DNA of 51,107 bases, taken from assembly GCA_030679255.1 (NCBI GenBank), contig JAUXTO010000013.1, forward strand, positions 256,189 to 307,295. Reading direction: 5' to 3'. Position 1 is the stretch's first letter. Every line of letters starts with the position of its first letter. The notes under the pieces are model-generated. The model worked only from the letters and a program-made list of their open reading frames with translations, was not told the origin of the DNA and did no database searches. The DNA is from Candidatus Gottesmanbacteria bacterium (GTDB lineage Bacteria; Patescibacteriota; Microgenomatia; UBA10105; UBA927). The translations under genes were made by a program, and so were the position numbers. Below, one piece after another: positions 1-9,499 of this stretch.

Positions 1-1135
1 TGGCGATCAACCCCAAAAAGAGTGCCCCCGCCAAGGTGATCCTCGTAAGAATATAGTTAAGGTACGCGGCGGTTGGGCTCCCGGGACGAATCCCCGGGAT
101 AAATCCGCCATATTTCTGTATTTCTCCTGCAATTTTTGTCGGATTAAAGGTAATCGCTGTGTAAAAATACGTAAACCCAATCACAAGAAAAAAGTATATA
201 ACATTGTAGGAAATACTGTTCGGATTGAATATTCCGGTCAATAACCTTCCGATGTTTACCAAAACCGGCTGCCCAGTCTGGCTAAAAAATCCGCCGACGA
301 GAGAGGGCAATAATACGAGCGATACAGCAAAAATAATCGGTATGACACCAGCTTGGTTGACCCGGAGTGGAAGATAAGACGTCGATCCACCGTACACTTT
401 GTTGCCGCGCACCCGACGGGCGTAGTGGACCGTAATCCTACGCACCGCTTCATTGACCGTCACGGTAGCGGCAATGACCCCCACTGCCAACGCCAAAAAT
501 ACCACAATATTTCCGACCACTTCCGCCGTCACCGTCGATATCGTCTGTCCTATAACAACCGGAAACCGGCCCACGATACCTGCAAATATCAGAAGCGATA
601 TGCCGTTGCCAACGCCATAGGCGGTAATAAGCTCTCCCAACCACATGACAAATATAGTCCCCGCTGTCATAGTCAGGACAAGAGAAATGAGAGTCAATGG
701 GTCAGCAACTCCTACAATCCCCTGATTTTTAAGAAGCGCGTACATGCCGATGGACTGGAGAACCGCCAGAGGAACGGTAATAAGACGCGTATATTGATTA
801 ATTTTTTCGCGGCCAAACTCCCCTTCTTTGGATAATTCCTCAAGCTTGGGAAATACAATCGTAAGAAGCTGGAGGATAATGGATGCGTTGATATAGGGGT
901 TCAAGCCGAGCGCCATGATGGAGAAATTAACGAGCGTCCCTCCGGAAAAAATGTCCAGAAGTCCCAAAAATTGGTTTTGCGCAAATAGTGAAGCAAGCTT
1001 GGCCGTGTCCACGCCGGGCATGGGGATATGGGCAAAAAGCCGGAATGCGACAAAGAGAAAAGCGGTGATAAGAATTTTCCGGCGAAGTTCCGGAACTTTC
1101 CAACTGTTCAAAATGGGCGCTATAAGATTGTTCAT
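1..1135 (-). CDS. secY: Preprotein translocase subunit SecY (C-terminal part lies beyond window start)
   Basis: Absent from the ORF track because it has no stop in the window. Manual translation of the minus strand from the ATG (complement of 1133-1135) gives [43 protein letters not shown]...[13 protein letters not shown]...[13 protein letters not shown], open to position 1. It sits in the canonical position after rplO. Confidence 0.9.
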   Translation of the reverse strand, partial: MNNLIAPILNSWKVPELRRKILITAFLFVAFRLFAHIPMPGVDTAKLASLFAQNQFLGLLDIFSGGTLVNFSIMALGLNPYINASIILQLLTIVFPKLEELSKEGEFGREKINQYTRLITVPLAVLQSIGMYALLKNQGIVGVADPLTLISLVLTMTAGTIFVMWLGELITAYGVGNGISLLIFAGIVGRFPVVIGQTISTVTAEVVGNIVVFLALAVGVIAATVTVNEAVRRITVHYARRVRGNKVYGGSTSYLPLRVNQAGVIPIIFAVSLVLLPSLVGGFFSQTGQPVLVNIGRLLTGIFNPNSISYNVIYFFLVIGFTYFYTAITFNPTKIAGEIQKYGGFIPGIRPGSPTAAYLNYILTRITLAGALFLGLIA

Positions 1136-1140
1136 CAAAT

Positions 1141-1219
1141 ATCATCGAATTACGAATGAAGCCCGAATATACGAATTCATTGGATAATTCGTATATTCGT
1201 ACAGATTCGATATTCGATA
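1141..1219. repeat. Word-repeat hairpin element, ACGAAT/ATTCGT family, copy 1 of 3 (rplO-secY spacer)
   Basis: atcatcgaattacgaatgaagcccgaatatacgaat is followed by the inverted block attcgtatattcgtacagattcgatattcgat. It is near-identical to 16550-16628: the first 36 nt differ at 2 positions and the last 14 nt are identical. Confidence 0.85.
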
Positions 1220-1222
1220 ATG

Positions 1223-1654
1223 TTATGACTCCGCTGTACCACCAGCTTTTGTAATAGCTTCTCTGGCAGATGCGGAGCATGGAACCTTAACCGTCAAGGC
1301 GACCGTAACCTCTCCGGCGCCTAATAGTTTCACCCGGCTGACACCAGCATCAATCATATGATATTTCCGAAGCGTTTCCAATGTAACAACCGTGCCTTTC
1401 GGCAGACCATTGAGTTTTTCTATCGCGATAGGAAACGCTTTAGGTTTTTGAGATCCGTTGCGGCCTTTGCCCCGCAAATACGGCAACCGCTTGACGAGCG
1501 GCGACTGGCCACCCTCAAAACCGCGCGGCATACTGCCGCGTGCCTTCTGGCCCTTTGTACCACGGCCGGACGTTTTATTTTTCCCGGAACCATGACCACG
1601 GCCGATGCGCTTCTTTGGTCGTCTGGTGAGCGATGGTAAATGCGATAAGTTCAT
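1223..1654 (-). CDS. rplO: 50S ribosomal protein L15
   Basis: MNLSHLPSLTRRPKKRIGRGHGSGKNKTSGRGTKGQKARG is a typical L15 N-terminus. The gene lies between rpsE and secY. Confidence 0.95.
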   Translation of the reverse strand: MNLSHLPSLTRRPKKRIGRGHGSGKNKTSGRGTKGQKARGSMPRGFEGGQSPLVKRLPYLRGKGRNGSQKPKAFPIAIEKLNGLPKGTVVTLETLRKYHMIDAGVSRVKLLGAGEVTVALTVKVPCSASAREAITKAGGTAES

Positions 1655-1656
1655 AG

Positions 1657-2127
1657 TTATTTAATCTGAATATTTTTCAACTGTTTCAGAGCATCCATGG
1701 TCGCATAGACATTGGATGCTTGATTCTTACTTCCTAAAATCTTGGAGGATATATCCCGGATTCCTGCCGCTTCCACGACCGCCCGCACCGCGCCACCTGC
1801 GATAACTCCGGTACCGGGAGGAGCTGGTTTAAGTAAAATTTTGGCCGCGCCGCGCTTGACATAGACCTGATGTGGGATGGTCCGTCCCCGCATGGGAACG
1901 ATGATTTGATGCTTCTTGGCATAACTGACGGCCTTTTTGACTCCTGATGATACATCCGGTGCCTGCCCGAGCCCTACCCCGACCCGGCCTTTTCTGTCTC
2001 CGACGACCACGAGCACTGAATATCCGGCCTTATTGCCTCCTTTGGTCTTTTTGGAAACACGGTTGACCTGGACGACTTTTTCGGCAAACTCTGATAGCCG
2101 CGGATCTGAACGTTGTTGATATTTCAT
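1657..2127 (-). CDS. rpsE: 30S ribosomal protein S5
   Basis: Contains [27 protein letters not shown] and [13 protein letters not shown] motifs. It is in spc-operon order and is followed directly by rplO with no L30 gene. Confidence 0.95.
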   Translation of the reverse strand: MKYQQRSDPRLSEFAEKVVQVNRVSKKTKGGNKAGYSVLVVVGDRKGRVGVGLGQAPDVSSGVKKAVSYAKKHQIIVPMRGRTIPHQVYVKRGAAKILLKPAPPGTGVIAGGAVRAVVEAAGIRDISSKILGSKNQASNVYATMDALKQLKNIQIK

Positions 2128-2174
2128 AGTTCGATTTACTCACTATGACCCTGAATTTTTATCGAAGGGTCATA

Positions 2175-2504
2175 TTAAAATTTGAGTCCTCCCTCCCGTG
2201 CGGCATCGGCAAATGCTTTTATGACACCATGATACCGGTTTCCTCCCCGATCAAATACCACCGAAGTAATGGTATGTTTCATGGCCAATGCGGCGATATC
2301 TTTGCCCATCTTCACGCCCATCGCCATATTTTTGCCGATCGAACGTTTGGACACTAGCGTACGCCCGGCCTCATCGTCAATAATTTGCACAAACAATGCA
2401 GTCCCCGACCGGTAGACAGCCAATCTGGGACGAGAGGCCGACCCTCGCACCACCGCACGGATGCGGCGTTGTCGAGATATTCTTTTGATTTTTCTATTTA
2501 GCAT
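2175..2504 (-). CDS. rplR: 50S ribosomal protein L18
   Basis: Contains RQRRIRAVVRGSASRPRLAVYRS and VVFDRGGNRYHGVIKAFADAAREGGLKF, and sits in operon order. Confidence 0.95.
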   Translation of the reverse strand: MLNRKIKRISRQRRIRAVVRGSASRPRLAVYRSGTALFVQIIDDEAGRTLVSKRSIGKNMAMGVKMGKDIAALAMKHTITSVVFDRGGNRYHGVIKAFADAAREGGLKF

Positions 2505-2506
2505 AA

Positions 2507-3067
2507 TTATTTTGCTCCGGGAGCACCTCCCACGGCTTTGGCGGATTTACCCGCTTTTCTCCGAACATATTCACCGACATACTTGATGCCTTTGCCTTTA
2601 TACGGTTCCGGCTTTTTCACGGCTCTCACGGAAGCCGCCACCTGTCCTACTGCATGTTTATCACTCCCTGCGACGATAATCTTACCTTCCGTCACGGATA
2701 ATGTAATACCCGGGGGCGGCGTGATCGTAACCGGATGAGAAAATCCTACCGTTAATACAACGCTTTGTCCGTTCATGGTCGCTCGATATCCCACACCGGA
2801 GAGCTCCAAAGTTTTTGTCCAAAGGGTTGTGGCGCCTACAACCGCATTATGGAGTTCGGCACGAAAATATCCATGGAGCGAACGAGTATCCCTCTCTTCG
2901 TCCAGTCTCGTCACGGATACTTGATTTCCAGAGACGGAAACCGCAAGTCCCACAGGAATAGTCAAAACCCGCTCCCCCTTGGGCCCTTTCACCATAACAG
3001 AACTCCCTGATACATTCATGGATGCTCCATCACCCAACGTAATTGGCATTTTTCCGATTCGTGACAT
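2507..3067 (-). CDS. rplF: 50S ribosomal protein L6
   Basis: MSRIGKMPI...GVGYRA...KPEPYKGKGIKY, in operon order. Confidence 0.95.
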   Translation of the reverse strand: MSRIGKMPITLGDGASMNVSGSSVMVKGPKGERVLTIPVGLAVSVSGNQVSVTRLDEERDTRSLHGYFRAELHNAVVGATTLWTKTLELSGVGYRATMNGQSVVLTVGFSHPVTITPPPGITLSVTEGKIIVAGSDKHAVGQVAASVRAVKKPEPYKGKGIKYVGEYVRRKAGKSAKAVGGAPGAK

Positions 3068-3073
3068 AAGTTA

Positions 3074-3466
3074 TTACCAGACTTCACACAGTAATTCTCC
3101 GCCGATGTTTTTTTTCTTCGCGAGCTTGCCCGTCATGATCCCTTGGGGGGTCGAAAGAATTGCAACTCCCATACCTCCGACTACCGTGGGAATGGCATTA
3201 CTTGCAACATAGATCCGCATCCCTGGCTTGCTTTTACGTTTCATATCCGTGAGGCTGGGGGTTTTACCCTCATACCGCAGTCGAAGCTCAAGCGTTTTTA
3301 CCACGCGTTCCCCGGCCGAGCGAACGGAGGACAAATACCCTTCATCCATAAGAATCTTGGCAACTGCCTCTTTGAGTTTAGAATGCGGCAGAACCATAAC
3401 GGTTTTACCCGCCATATACGAATTTTTAATCTGCGCCAACATGTCTCCTATCGGATCTGAAACCAT
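3074..3466 (-). CDS. rpsH: 30S ribosomal protein S8
   Basis: DPIGDMLAQIKNSYMAGK...GGELLCEVW, in operon order. Confidence 0.95.
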   Translation of the reverse strand: MVSDPIGDMLAQIKNSYMAGKTVMVLPHSKLKEAVAKILMDEGYLSSVRSAGERVVKTLELRLRYEGKTPSLTDMKRKSKPGMRIYVASNAIPTVVGGMGVAILSTPQGIMTGKLAKKKNIGGELLCEVW

Positions 3467-3476
3467 AATATTATTG

Positions 3477-3662
3477 TTACCACGACGCCTTTGTCACGCC
3501 GGGTAATTCTCCTTTATGAGCGAGCTCCCGAAAACACAATCTGCATATTCCAAACTTCCGCATGAACGCCCGGTTTCTGCCGCATAACCCGCAGCGGTTT
3601 TTATGCCGGACGGCAAATTTTTGACTATGTTCAAATTTAACAACATCAGAAGTTTTCGCCAT
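3477..3662 (-). CDS. rpsN: 30S ribosomal protein S14, type Z (zinc-binding)
   Basis: 61 aa with a CGLCGR...CRLCFRE double CxxC motif, located between rplE and rpsH. Confidence 0.93.
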   Translation of the reverse strand: MAKTSDVVKFEHSQKFAVRHKNRCGLCGRNRAFMRKFGICRLCFRELAHKGELPGVTKASW

Positions 3663-3667
3663 AATAA

Positions 3668-4213
3668 TTATTTCTCAAACGGCATACCCAGATACGTCAA
3701 TAACTTTTTGGCGTGTGTGTCGCTCCCGGACCTGGTCACAAATGTTACTTCAAATCCCCGTGTTTTATCAATAAGCGTATATTCTAGCTCCGCAAATATC
3801 GTCTGATCGCTTATCCCCAAGGTGTAATTGCCGTGTCCGTCAAAACCGGATGCCGATACGCCCCGGAAATCCCGCACCCTTGGGAGCGCAATGGTCACAA
3901 GCCTCGTGAAAAAATCAGACATAAAACGGCCCCGGAGGGTCACTTTGAGCCCAACGGCATCGCCCGCACGGAGTTTAAACGTCGAAATTGCCCGTTTGGC
4001 CCTTGTCACAGACGGCTTCTGGCCGGTGATGACGGCAAGCTGGGCCGCCACCTTTTCGATAACTTTCTTATCTGCGAGAGCCTCGCGGCCTATGCCGCAG
4101 TTAACGACAATTTTCATAAGACGCGGGATGGCCATAGGGTTGGTAATTCCCAAATCTGTCTTTAATTTCGGTATTATTTCTTTCTGATATGTTTCTTGTA
4201 TAGTCATATGCAT
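3668..4213 (-). CDS. rplE: 50S ribosomal protein L5
   Basis: [13 protein letters not shown]...[19 protein letters not shown], in operon order. The start could instead be the third-codon Met. Confidence 0.94.
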   Translation of the reverse strand: MHMTIQETYQKEIIPKLKTDLGITNPMAIPRLMKIVVNCGIGREALADKKVIEKVAAQLAVITGQKPSVTRAKRAISTFKLRAGDAVGLKVTLRGRFMSDFFTRLVTIALPRVRDFRGVSASGFDGHGNYTLGISDQTIFAELEYTLIDKTRGFEVTFVTRSGSDTHAKKLLTYLGMPFEK

Positions 4214-4250
4214 GAGTCGTATGAGTCTAATGGGTCAAATGAGTCACATG
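4209..4250. repeat. Word-repeat element, ATGAGTC family, copy 1 of 2 (rplE-rplX spacer)
   Basis: atgcatgagtcgtatgagtctaatgggtcaaatgagtcacatg shows a roughly 9-nt period of ATGAGTCNN. The same word array is at 20481-20520. Confidence 0.8.
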
Positions 4251-4251
4251 A

Positions 4252-4557
4252 TTATAATTTCTGTTCACACTTCCGGCAGATGCGCTCCTTTTCTCCTTTG
4301 ACTACAAGATATCCCACCCGTGTCGGTTGATTGCACTTCGGACAGACAAGAACGACCTTGCTTACTGCAATCGGTTTCGTAATTTCTATAATGCCTCCGG
4401 CCTGCTTCTCACCTTGCTTTTTCTTGTGGCGTTTATAGATATTCACGCCGGTCACGACCACTGATCCCAGAGCGGGAAACGTTTTTTCCACTTTTCCTTT
4501 TTTTCCTTTATCCTTTCCTGTCGTAACAATAATTGTGTCACCTTTCCGTATTTTCAT
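4252..4557 (-). CDS. rplX: 50S ribosomal protein L24
   Basis: MKIRKGDTIIVTTGKDKGKKGKV KOW motif, in operon order. Confidence 0.94.
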   Translation of the reverse strand: MKIRKGDTIIVTTGKDKGKKGKVEKTFPALGSVVVTGVNIYKRHKKKQGEKQAGGIIEITKPIAVSKVVLVCPKCNQPTRVGYLVVKGEKERICRKCEQKL

Positions 4558-4598
4558 AAGACTGGATTCTCGCGCCTAGCGCGGGAATGACAAAAAAA

Positions 4599-4973
4599 CT
4601 AATACACTTCGGAAGCCATGCTGACAATTTTATGAAACCCCCGCTCCTTGAGCTCCCGGGCAACCGGCCCGAAAATACGGGTACCCCGAGGATTTTTATC
4701 ATCTGCATTATCAATGATCACTCCCGCATTATCATCAAAACGGATATACGAGCCATCCTTGCGGTGATACTCTTTGTGTACCCGGGCGACGACGACTTTC
4801 ACCATTTCGTCTTCTTTGACAAGCCCTGTGGGATCAGCCTTCCTGATGACACATTGCACAATATCTCCAAGACTTGCAAACTTGCGCTTAGAAGATCCGT
4901 AAATATGGATCACGACCATTTCCCTGGCCCCTGAATTGTCCGCAACTACGAGTGATGTACGTCGTTGAATCAT
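4599..4973 (-). CDS. rplN: 50S ribosomal protein L14
   Basis: [19 protein letters not shown]...[15 protein letters not shown]. Confidence 0.95.
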   Translation of the reverse strand: MIQRRTSLVVADNSGAREMVVIHIYGSSKRKFASLGDIVQCVIRKADPTGLVKEDEMVKVVVARVHKEYHRKDGSYIRFDDNAGVIIDNADDKNPRGTRIFGPVARELKERGFHKIVSMASEVY

Positions 4974-5236
4974 AGTTTTTCGATAACGATAAAGTGTTTC
5001 CGTTTGCTCATCGGTATGGTTTCTTTCATTTTGACGGTATCTCCTACCTTGATATCCGGGAGTGTATTATGTGCCGCAAAACGATGGCTCTTGCGGACCG
5101 TCTTTTTGTACAGTTTGTGGGCGTACGTACGCACGACTTGTACGATGACGGTCTTTGTCATTTTGGTGGATATCACTTTGCCCGTCATAATTCTTCCTTT
5201 TCCGGTATTTGTCGATGGTGTCATTTCTTTTTTCAT
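4970..5236 (-). CDS. rpsQ: 30S ribosomal protein S17
   Basis: [38 protein letters not shown]. It overlaps the rplN start by 4 nt. Confidence 0.94.
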   Translation of the reverse strand: MKKEMTPSTNTGKGRIMTGKVISTKMTKTVIVQVVRTYAHKLYKKTVRKSHRFAAHNTLPDIKVGDTVKMKETIPMSKRKHFIVIEKL

Positions 5237-5259
5237 ATGATGAATCTCAAGCCAGACTG

Positions 5260-5469
5260 TTATGATACCAGAGAAAGCTCCCGCTCGCGCATGATCGTTT
5301 TACTTACGGCAACAACGGTACGTTTTGTACGATATAAACGCAGATTTTTCATTTGCTTGGTCTTCCGTTCGACTCGACCTTTCAGCATCTCTGTTTCAAG
5401 CGTTTGTATCTGCTTGACAAGTTCTGCGTCAGACATGGCCCGTAATGATTGTTTTTCCTTTTTTTTCAT
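5260..5469 (-). CDS. rpmC: 50S ribosomal protein L29
   Basis: 69 aa helical protein ([22 protein letters not shown]) lying between rplP and rpsQ. Confidence 0.9.
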   Translation of the reverse strand: MKKKEKQSLRAMSDAELVKQIQTLETEMLKGRVERKTKQMKNLRLYRTKRTVVAVSKTIMRERELSLVS

Positions 5470-5472
5470 AAT

Positions 5473-5880
5473 TTACTCTTTCACGATAAACTTGGTCCGT
5501 ACCGGCAACTTAATGCTCGCAAGCCGCATCGCTTCTCGGGCATCTTCCATAGGTACTCCTGCCATCTCAAACATAATTCGCCCTGGCTTGACGACTGCGA
5601 CGTATTCGGCTACATCGCCTTTCCCACTACCCATACGGGTTTCCGGAGGCTTTTTCGTAATCGGTTTATGCGGAAAAATACGGATCCAGATACGCCCCCC
5701 GCGCTTCGTATAATGCGTGAGAGCGCGCCGGGCGGCTTCAATCTGCCGGCTTCCCACCCAACCGACCGTCAGAGCCTTGAGGCCAAATTCTCCAAAATTA
5801 ACCTCACTCCCGCGGTACGCGAGTCCTCCGCGTTTTCCGCGGAATTCTTTTCTGTGTTTGGCCCGTCTTGGTGCAAGCAT
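5473..5880 (-). CDS. rplP: 50S ribosomal protein L16
   Basis: [19 protein letters not shown]...[26 protein letters not shown]. Confidence 0.95.
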   Translation of the reverse strand: MLAPRRAKHRKEFRGKRGGLAYRGSEVNFGEFGLKALTVGWVGSRQIEAARRALTHYTKRGGRIWIRIFPHKPITKKPPETRMGSGKGDVAEYVAVVKPGRIMFEMAGVPMEDAREAMRLASIKLPVRTKFIVKE

Positions 5881-5883
5881 AAA

Positions 5884-5951
5884 AGCTATCAGCTATCAGC
5901 TATCAGCTATCAGACTGTCTGACGACTGAAGACTGAAAGCTGACGACTATC
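5884..5951. repeat. Heptamer word-repeat element, AGCTATC/TGACGAC family (rplP-rpsC spacer)
   Basis: (agctatc)x4 is followed by agactgtc tgacgac tgaagac tgaaagc tgacgac. The same words, partly reverse-complemented, occur inside copA at 19557-19621 and 18009-18029. Confidence 0.85.
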
Positions 5952-5953
5952 CA

Positions 5954-6610
5954 TCAACTCTTTCTACAAATCCACACTTTTACCCCAATATACCCGGATT
6001 TTGTAAGTGCCGGGACAATGGCAAAATCTATATCTTCCCGGATCGTTGAGAGCGGGATCGTACCCGACTGAAATTTCTCGCGCCGGGCAATTTCTGCTCC
6101 GTTTATGCGTCCTGACAATCGAATACGGACTCCCTTAGCGCCTGCCGATATTGCCCGCTCAACCGCCTGATTGCATACCCGCTTATGCGGCATCCGGCGG
6201 ACGAGTTGATCAGCGATATTGGTGGCAACGAGTGTGGCGTTCAAATTCGGCTCCTTGACCGGCTCGACGGCGATATCGACTTTGACGACTTGGGCTTTGC
6301 CCACTACGGTTTTTAATCTCTTACTTAATAAATCTTCCACAAATTTTTTAAGAATCTCCAGCCCGCTTCCTCCACGGCCAATCACCACTCCGGGACGTGA
6401 GACATGGACAGTGACTTTTACTTTATTAATCGACCGTTCAATTTCCACAAGCGCAAGCCCCGCGCTTTTCAGCTTGACCCCGAGTTGCCGCCGCAGTGCC
6501 ACATCAGCCAACAGTAGTGTACTGTATGTCCTGCTGTCGGCGTACCAACGCGATGACCAGTTAAATACTGGTCCGATACGGAATCCTCTTGGATTTATTT
6601 TTTGTCCCAT
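5954..6610 (-). CDS. rpsC: 30S ribosomal protein S3
   Basis: MGQKINPRGFRIGP is the canonical S3 start. The 14 upstream codons in the ORF track lie in the spacer repeat and are probably not translated. Confidence 0.93.
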   Translation of the reverse strand: MGQKINPRGFRIGPVFNWSSRWYADSRTYSTLLLADVALRRQLGVKLKSAGLALVEIERSINKVKVTVHVSRPGVVIGRGGSGLEILKKFVEDLLSKRLKTVVGKAQVVKVDIAVEPVKEPNLNATLVATNIADQLVRRMPHKRVCNQAVERAISAGAKGVRIRLSGRINGAEIARREKFQSGTIPLSTIREDIDFAIVPALTKSGYIGVKVWICRKS

Positions 6611-6624
6611 ATATTTAGAAATTC

Positions 6625-6745
6625 CAAATCTCAAGTACCAAGTACCAAACAAACGAAATCAAGCACTAATATACAAACAACTTAATTAGTTCTTGTTTGT
6701 TTCTGTTTGTTGCTTTGCTATTGTTTGATGCTTGGCTTTTGGTGC
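6625..6745. repeat. Word-repeat tract (GTACCAAG / CAAACA / TGCTTG words) spanning the rplV-rpsC spacer and the 3' end of rplV
   Basis: caagtaccaagtaccaaacaaacgaaatcaagcac...gttcttgtttgtttctgtttgttgctttgctattgtttgatgcttggcttttggtgcttgatgctt has forward and inverted blocks. The part at 6686-6745 encodes the L22 tail KHQAPKAKHQTIAKQQTETNKN. Confidence 0.75.
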
Positions 6746-7087
6746 TTGATGCTTACCTACTTCATCAGTCAACGTCACCCGTATATGGGTCATTCTTTTT
6801 TTAAACGCATGCGCCTGACCCTTGGATACCGCGTGCCAGCGCTTCATTGCCGGACCCGGTAGTACTTCTATTGATTTGATCCGCAGTAGCGTCGTATCTG
6901 CTTTTTTTTCTTTCGCCCCTGCTATAGCTGATGCCAAAACGTCTGCAAGCGGTCGGGCGACCCGTTTGGGCAATTGTCCTAATTTGACGAGCGCTCCCGC
7001 GGCCGTCAACCGATGAATCGAACGCGCTACTAATTGTACTTTGCGCGGACCCATCTTCACATATTTGGCAATCGCTGAAAATTCCAT
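6686..7087 (-). CDS. rplV: 50S ribosomal protein L22 (with low-complexity C-terminal tail)
   Basis: AIAKYVKMGPRKVQLVARSI...LRIKSIEVLPGPAMKRWHAVSKGQAHAFKKRMTHIRV, in operon order. Confidence 0.94.
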   Translation of the reverse strand: MEFSAIAKYVKMGPRKVQLVARSIHRLTAAGALVKLGQLPKRVARPLADVLASAIAGAKEKKADTTLLRIKSIEVLPGPAMKRWHAVSKGQAHAFKKRMTHIRVTLTDEVGKHQAPKAKHQTIAKQQTETNKN

Positions 7088-7091
7088 ATAT

Positions 7092-7168
7092 ATAAGTCTA
7101 TAAAGTCGAAAGTCTATAAAGTCTCTAAAGTCAAACTTTTAACTTTATGACTTTAAGGACTTTTGACT
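7092..7168. repeat. Word-repeat hairpin element, TAAAGTC/GACTTTA family, copy 1 of 2 (rpsS-rplV spacer)
   Basis: ataagtctataaagtcgaaagtctataaagtctctaaagtc is followed by the inverted block aactttatgactttaaggacttttgac. Confidence 0.85.
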
Positions 7169-7170
7169 CA

Positions 7171-7455
7171 TTACGTCTTATCCATCGTCCGCTTGGTCAC
7201 CTGACCGTGACCACGGAACGTCCGCGTCGGACTAAACTCACCTAAACGGTGACCAACCATGGCCTCCGTCACGAATACTTCGATAAACGTTCGTCCATTG
7301 TGTACACCAAACCGGTGCCCAACGAAATCAGGAGAAATCTGACATGCCCGGGACCATGTTTTAATAGGCGTCCGCTCCCCGCCTGCTTTTTGGCGGTTCA
7401 CTTTCACCAGAACCCTCGGATCTATGTATGGACCTTTTTTAGAACTTCGTGCCAT
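7171..7455 (-). CDS. rpsS: 30S ribosomal protein S19
   Basis: [16 protein letters not shown]...[32 protein letters not shown]. Confidence 0.95.
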   Translation of the reverse strand: MARSSKKGPYIDPRVLVKVNRQKAGGERTPIKTWSRACQISPDFVGHRFGVHNGRTFIEVFVTEAMVGHRLGEFSPTRTFRGHGQVTKRTMDKT

Positions 7456-7464
7456 AGTTTAGTT

Positions 7465-7540
7465 AAAAGTCTATAAAGTCATAAAGTCTATAAAGCCAAA
7501 ACCGTACTTTACGGACTTTATGAACTTGTGAACTTTTGAC
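7465..7540. repeat. Word-repeat hairpin element, TAAAGTC/GACTTTA family, copy 2 of 2 (rplB-rpsS spacer)
   Basis: aaaagtctataaagtcataaagtctataaagcc is followed by the inverted block gtactttacggactttatgaacttgtgaacttttgac. Confidence 0.85.
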
Positions 7541-8296
7541 TTATTTTTTTCTCTGTAATATAAACTTATCACTATACTTCTTAGGACTTCGTGTCTTTTT
7601 TCCCAATGTCCTCTTGCCCCACGGACTCTTTGGCGAAGACAACCCAATGCCGCTTCTGCCTTCTCCTCCGCCATGCGGATGAGATCGGGGATTTTGCGCA
7701 ACTCCGCGGACCCCCGGACGGATACCCATAAGCCTGCTTGTACCGGCTTTCCCGATCACCCGGTTTTTCCACTCAACATTACCCACTTGTCCGACGGTCG
7801 CCCGGCAATTCCCCGAAAAAACACGTATTTCTCCTGACGGAAGCTTTAATTGTACACGATCTCCCTCTTTTGCCAAAATGCTCGCCCCAGTCCCCGCGCT
7901 TCGCATCATCTGGGCTCCTGCCCCCGGCTTGATTTCTACACAATGAACAAGGGTGCCTACCGGCATATCCCCAAGGGTCAAACTGTTGCCCGGTTTGATC
8001 TCCGCATTTTTTCCTGAAACAACCACCGCTCCCACTTCAAGTCCGACAGGGGCCAAAATATACCGCTTCTCACCGTCCTTGTCCTGCAATAACGCGACTC
8101 CCGCTGTGCGGTTCGGGTCATACTCTATGGCCAGTACGCGGGCAGAAACGCCCTCTTTATCCCGCCGCCAATCAATCAAACGGTAAAACCGTTTCTGCCG
8201 GCCGCCCTGATGCCGAACCGCAACATGACCGGACACATCACGACCAGAGTGTTTTTGAAGAATTTCGTGTAATTGTTTTGACCTTTTTGTATTCAT
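7541..8296 (-). CDS. rplB: 50S ribosomal protein L2 (N-terminally short)
   Basis: SGRDVSGHVAVRHQGGRQKRFYRLIDWRR...VRGVAQNPRSHPHGGGEGRS. At 251 aa it lacks about 25 residues of the usual N-terminus. Confidence 0.94.
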   Translation of the reverse strand: MNTKRSKQLHEILQKHSGRDVSGHVAVRHQGGRQKRFYRLIDWRRDKEGVSARVLAIEYDPNRTAGVALLQDKDGEKRYILAPVGLEVGAVVVSGKNAEIKPGNSLTLGDMPVGTLVHCVEIKPGAGAQMMRSAGTGASILAKEGDRVQLKLPSGEIRVFSGNCRATVGQVGNVEWKNRVIGKAGTSRLMGIRPGVRGVAQNPRSHPHGGGEGRSGIGLSSPKSPWGKRTLGKKTRSPKKYSDKFILQRKK

Positions 8297-8300
8297 GGTT

Positions 8301-8369
8301 AATCTACGAATCTACGAATATGCGAATCTACGAATGTATTCCTATTCGCAGATTATGCATTCGTAGATT
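8301..8369. repeat. Word-repeat hairpin element, ACGAAT/ATTCGT family, copy 2 of 3 (rplW-rplB spacer)
   Basis: aatctacgaatctacgaatatgcgaatctacgaat is followed by the inverted block attcgcagattatgcattcgtagatt. Confidence 0.85.
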
Positions 8370-8371
8370 AC

Positions 8372-8674
8372 TCATTTCTTCTCCGTCTCTCCCGTCACTT
8401 CAAATGCGTCAATTTTTTGACCAGCTTTCAATTGTACAAGTGCTTTTTTCCAATCCACCCGCTTCACTTTCTTCGCCCGCTTACCCGCAGAACGAACCTT
8501 GCCATGCATCATGATCGTCCGGACCGACTCGACCGACACGCCATAAATATCCATAACAGCCTGGGCAATTTCCGGTTTCCTACTCCCCGCCGTCACGGCA
8601 AAAGTGTACCATCCCCGTGAGGCTAAATTTAGGCTTTTTTCCGTAATAACCGGCCGGATCACTGTTTGTTTCAT
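8372..8674 (-). CDS. rplW: 50S ribosomal protein L23
   Basis: VIRPVITEKSLNLASRGWYTFAV, in operon order. Confidence 0.93.
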   Translation of the reverse strand: MKQTVIRPVITEKSLNLASRGWYTFAVTAGSRKPEIAQAVMDIYGVSVESVRTIMMHGKVRSAGKRAKKVKRVDWKKALVQLKAGQKIDAFEVTGETEKK

Positions 8675-9489
8675 ACGCTTTTTTCTGGTCTATACCGCGA
8701 CTTCAATACTGCAATTGCTTCTTTCATAAACACCAACGTTTGATGCGATAGAACGACGTACGCATGTAAATTTTGTGCGGACAAAATATCTATGTCTGCA
8801 ATGTTGCGCGAAACTCTCGTTGTCAACTTCGCGTCGCTCCCGACTATGAGAAGCGTAGAACCTTTAACCCCATTGGCCTGCAAGGCTGCAGCCATTGCTT
8901 TTGTTTTTGAAAGTCCGCCAAGTCCGTCAATGACCATGAGTTTCCCTTCCAATTTCGCGCTGGTAAGTGCGCTGGCCAGAGCCGCACGTTTCATTTTTTG
9001 TGGCAAATCCAAATGATAATCGCGCGGGTGAGGTCCGAACGTGATGCCCCCGCCAACGAATATCGGCGCCCGAATGCCCCCGTGACGGGCCCGTCCGGTA
9101 CCTTTTTGACGATAAATTTTGCGCGTCGATCCTTCTACCTGTCCACGGGTTTTTGTGGCGGCTCCCCCTTCACGTTGGTTAGCCAAATACACGCGGACGG
9201 CCTGAGCTACGAGTGCATTATTAATTTTTGCGCCAAAAAGCTCTGCGGGGATGGCAATAGTACCGACGGATTTCCCGTCAATCCCATGGACGGGAACGGC
9301 GATCGAAGAAGATTGGGGCGATTGGCTCGCCTCGCTGGAGCTACGGCGAAGCGGGGGATGTTGGGGGATTTTGGGAGATCGGGGGGATGTGGGAGAGAAA
9401 CGAGTTTTAACCGTAGCGCGAGATACCGGTTTCGTTTTGACGACCGGCTTTTTGACAATTTTCTTTATAGCTTTTTTTACTTTTGGCAT
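8671..9489 (-). CDS. rplD: 50S ribosomal protein L4 with about 70 aa basic/Ser-Pro-rich N-terminal extension
   Basis: The core VPVHGIDGKSVGTIAIPAELFGAKINNALVAQAVRVYLANQREGGAATKTRGQVEGSTRKIYRQKGTGRARHG is canonical L4. The extension is MPKVKKAIKK...SPTSPRSPKIPQHPPLRRSSSEASQSPQSSS. Confidence 0.92.
   Translation of the reverse strand: MPKVKKAIKKIVKKPVVKTKPVSRATVKTRFSPTSPRSPKIPQHPPLRRSSSEASQSPQSSSIAVPVHGIDGKSVGTIAIPAELFGAKINNALVAQAVRVYLANQREGGAATKTRGQVEGSTRKIYRQKGTGRARHGGIRAPIFVGGGITFGPHPRDYHLDLPQKMKRAALASALTSAKLEGKLMVIDGLGGLSKTKAMAAALQANGVKGSTLLIVGSDAKLTTRVSRNIADIDILSAQNLHAYVVLSHQTLVFMKEAIAVLKSRYRPEKSV
9351..9397. repeat. GGGGGAT word repeats inside the rplD N-terminal extension
   Basis: gcgggggatgttgggggattttgggagatcggggggatgtgggagag has four GGGGGAT-type words at about 10-nt period. 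It encodes the PTSPRSPKIPQHPP segment on the minus strand. Confidence 0.75.
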
Positions 9490-9499
9490 ATATTAATTA

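Noticed and set aside
1-1135. Possible alternative genetic code or a missing secY, because the ORF track shows only short ORFs here
   Set aside because: Manual translation of the minus strand gives an uninterrupted SecY sequence to the window edge. The ORF was simply not listed because it lacks a stop in the window. No evidence for stop-codon reassignment appears in any long gene.
4994-5713. 239-aa plus-strand ORF across rpsQ, rpmC and rplP
   Set aside because: It is antisense to three well-supported ribosomal protein genes.
7471-7701. 76-aa minus-strand ORF overlapping the rplB 3' end and the spacer repeat
   Set aside because: It overlaps rplB in another frame and runs through the TAAAGTC repeat. 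It has no motifs.
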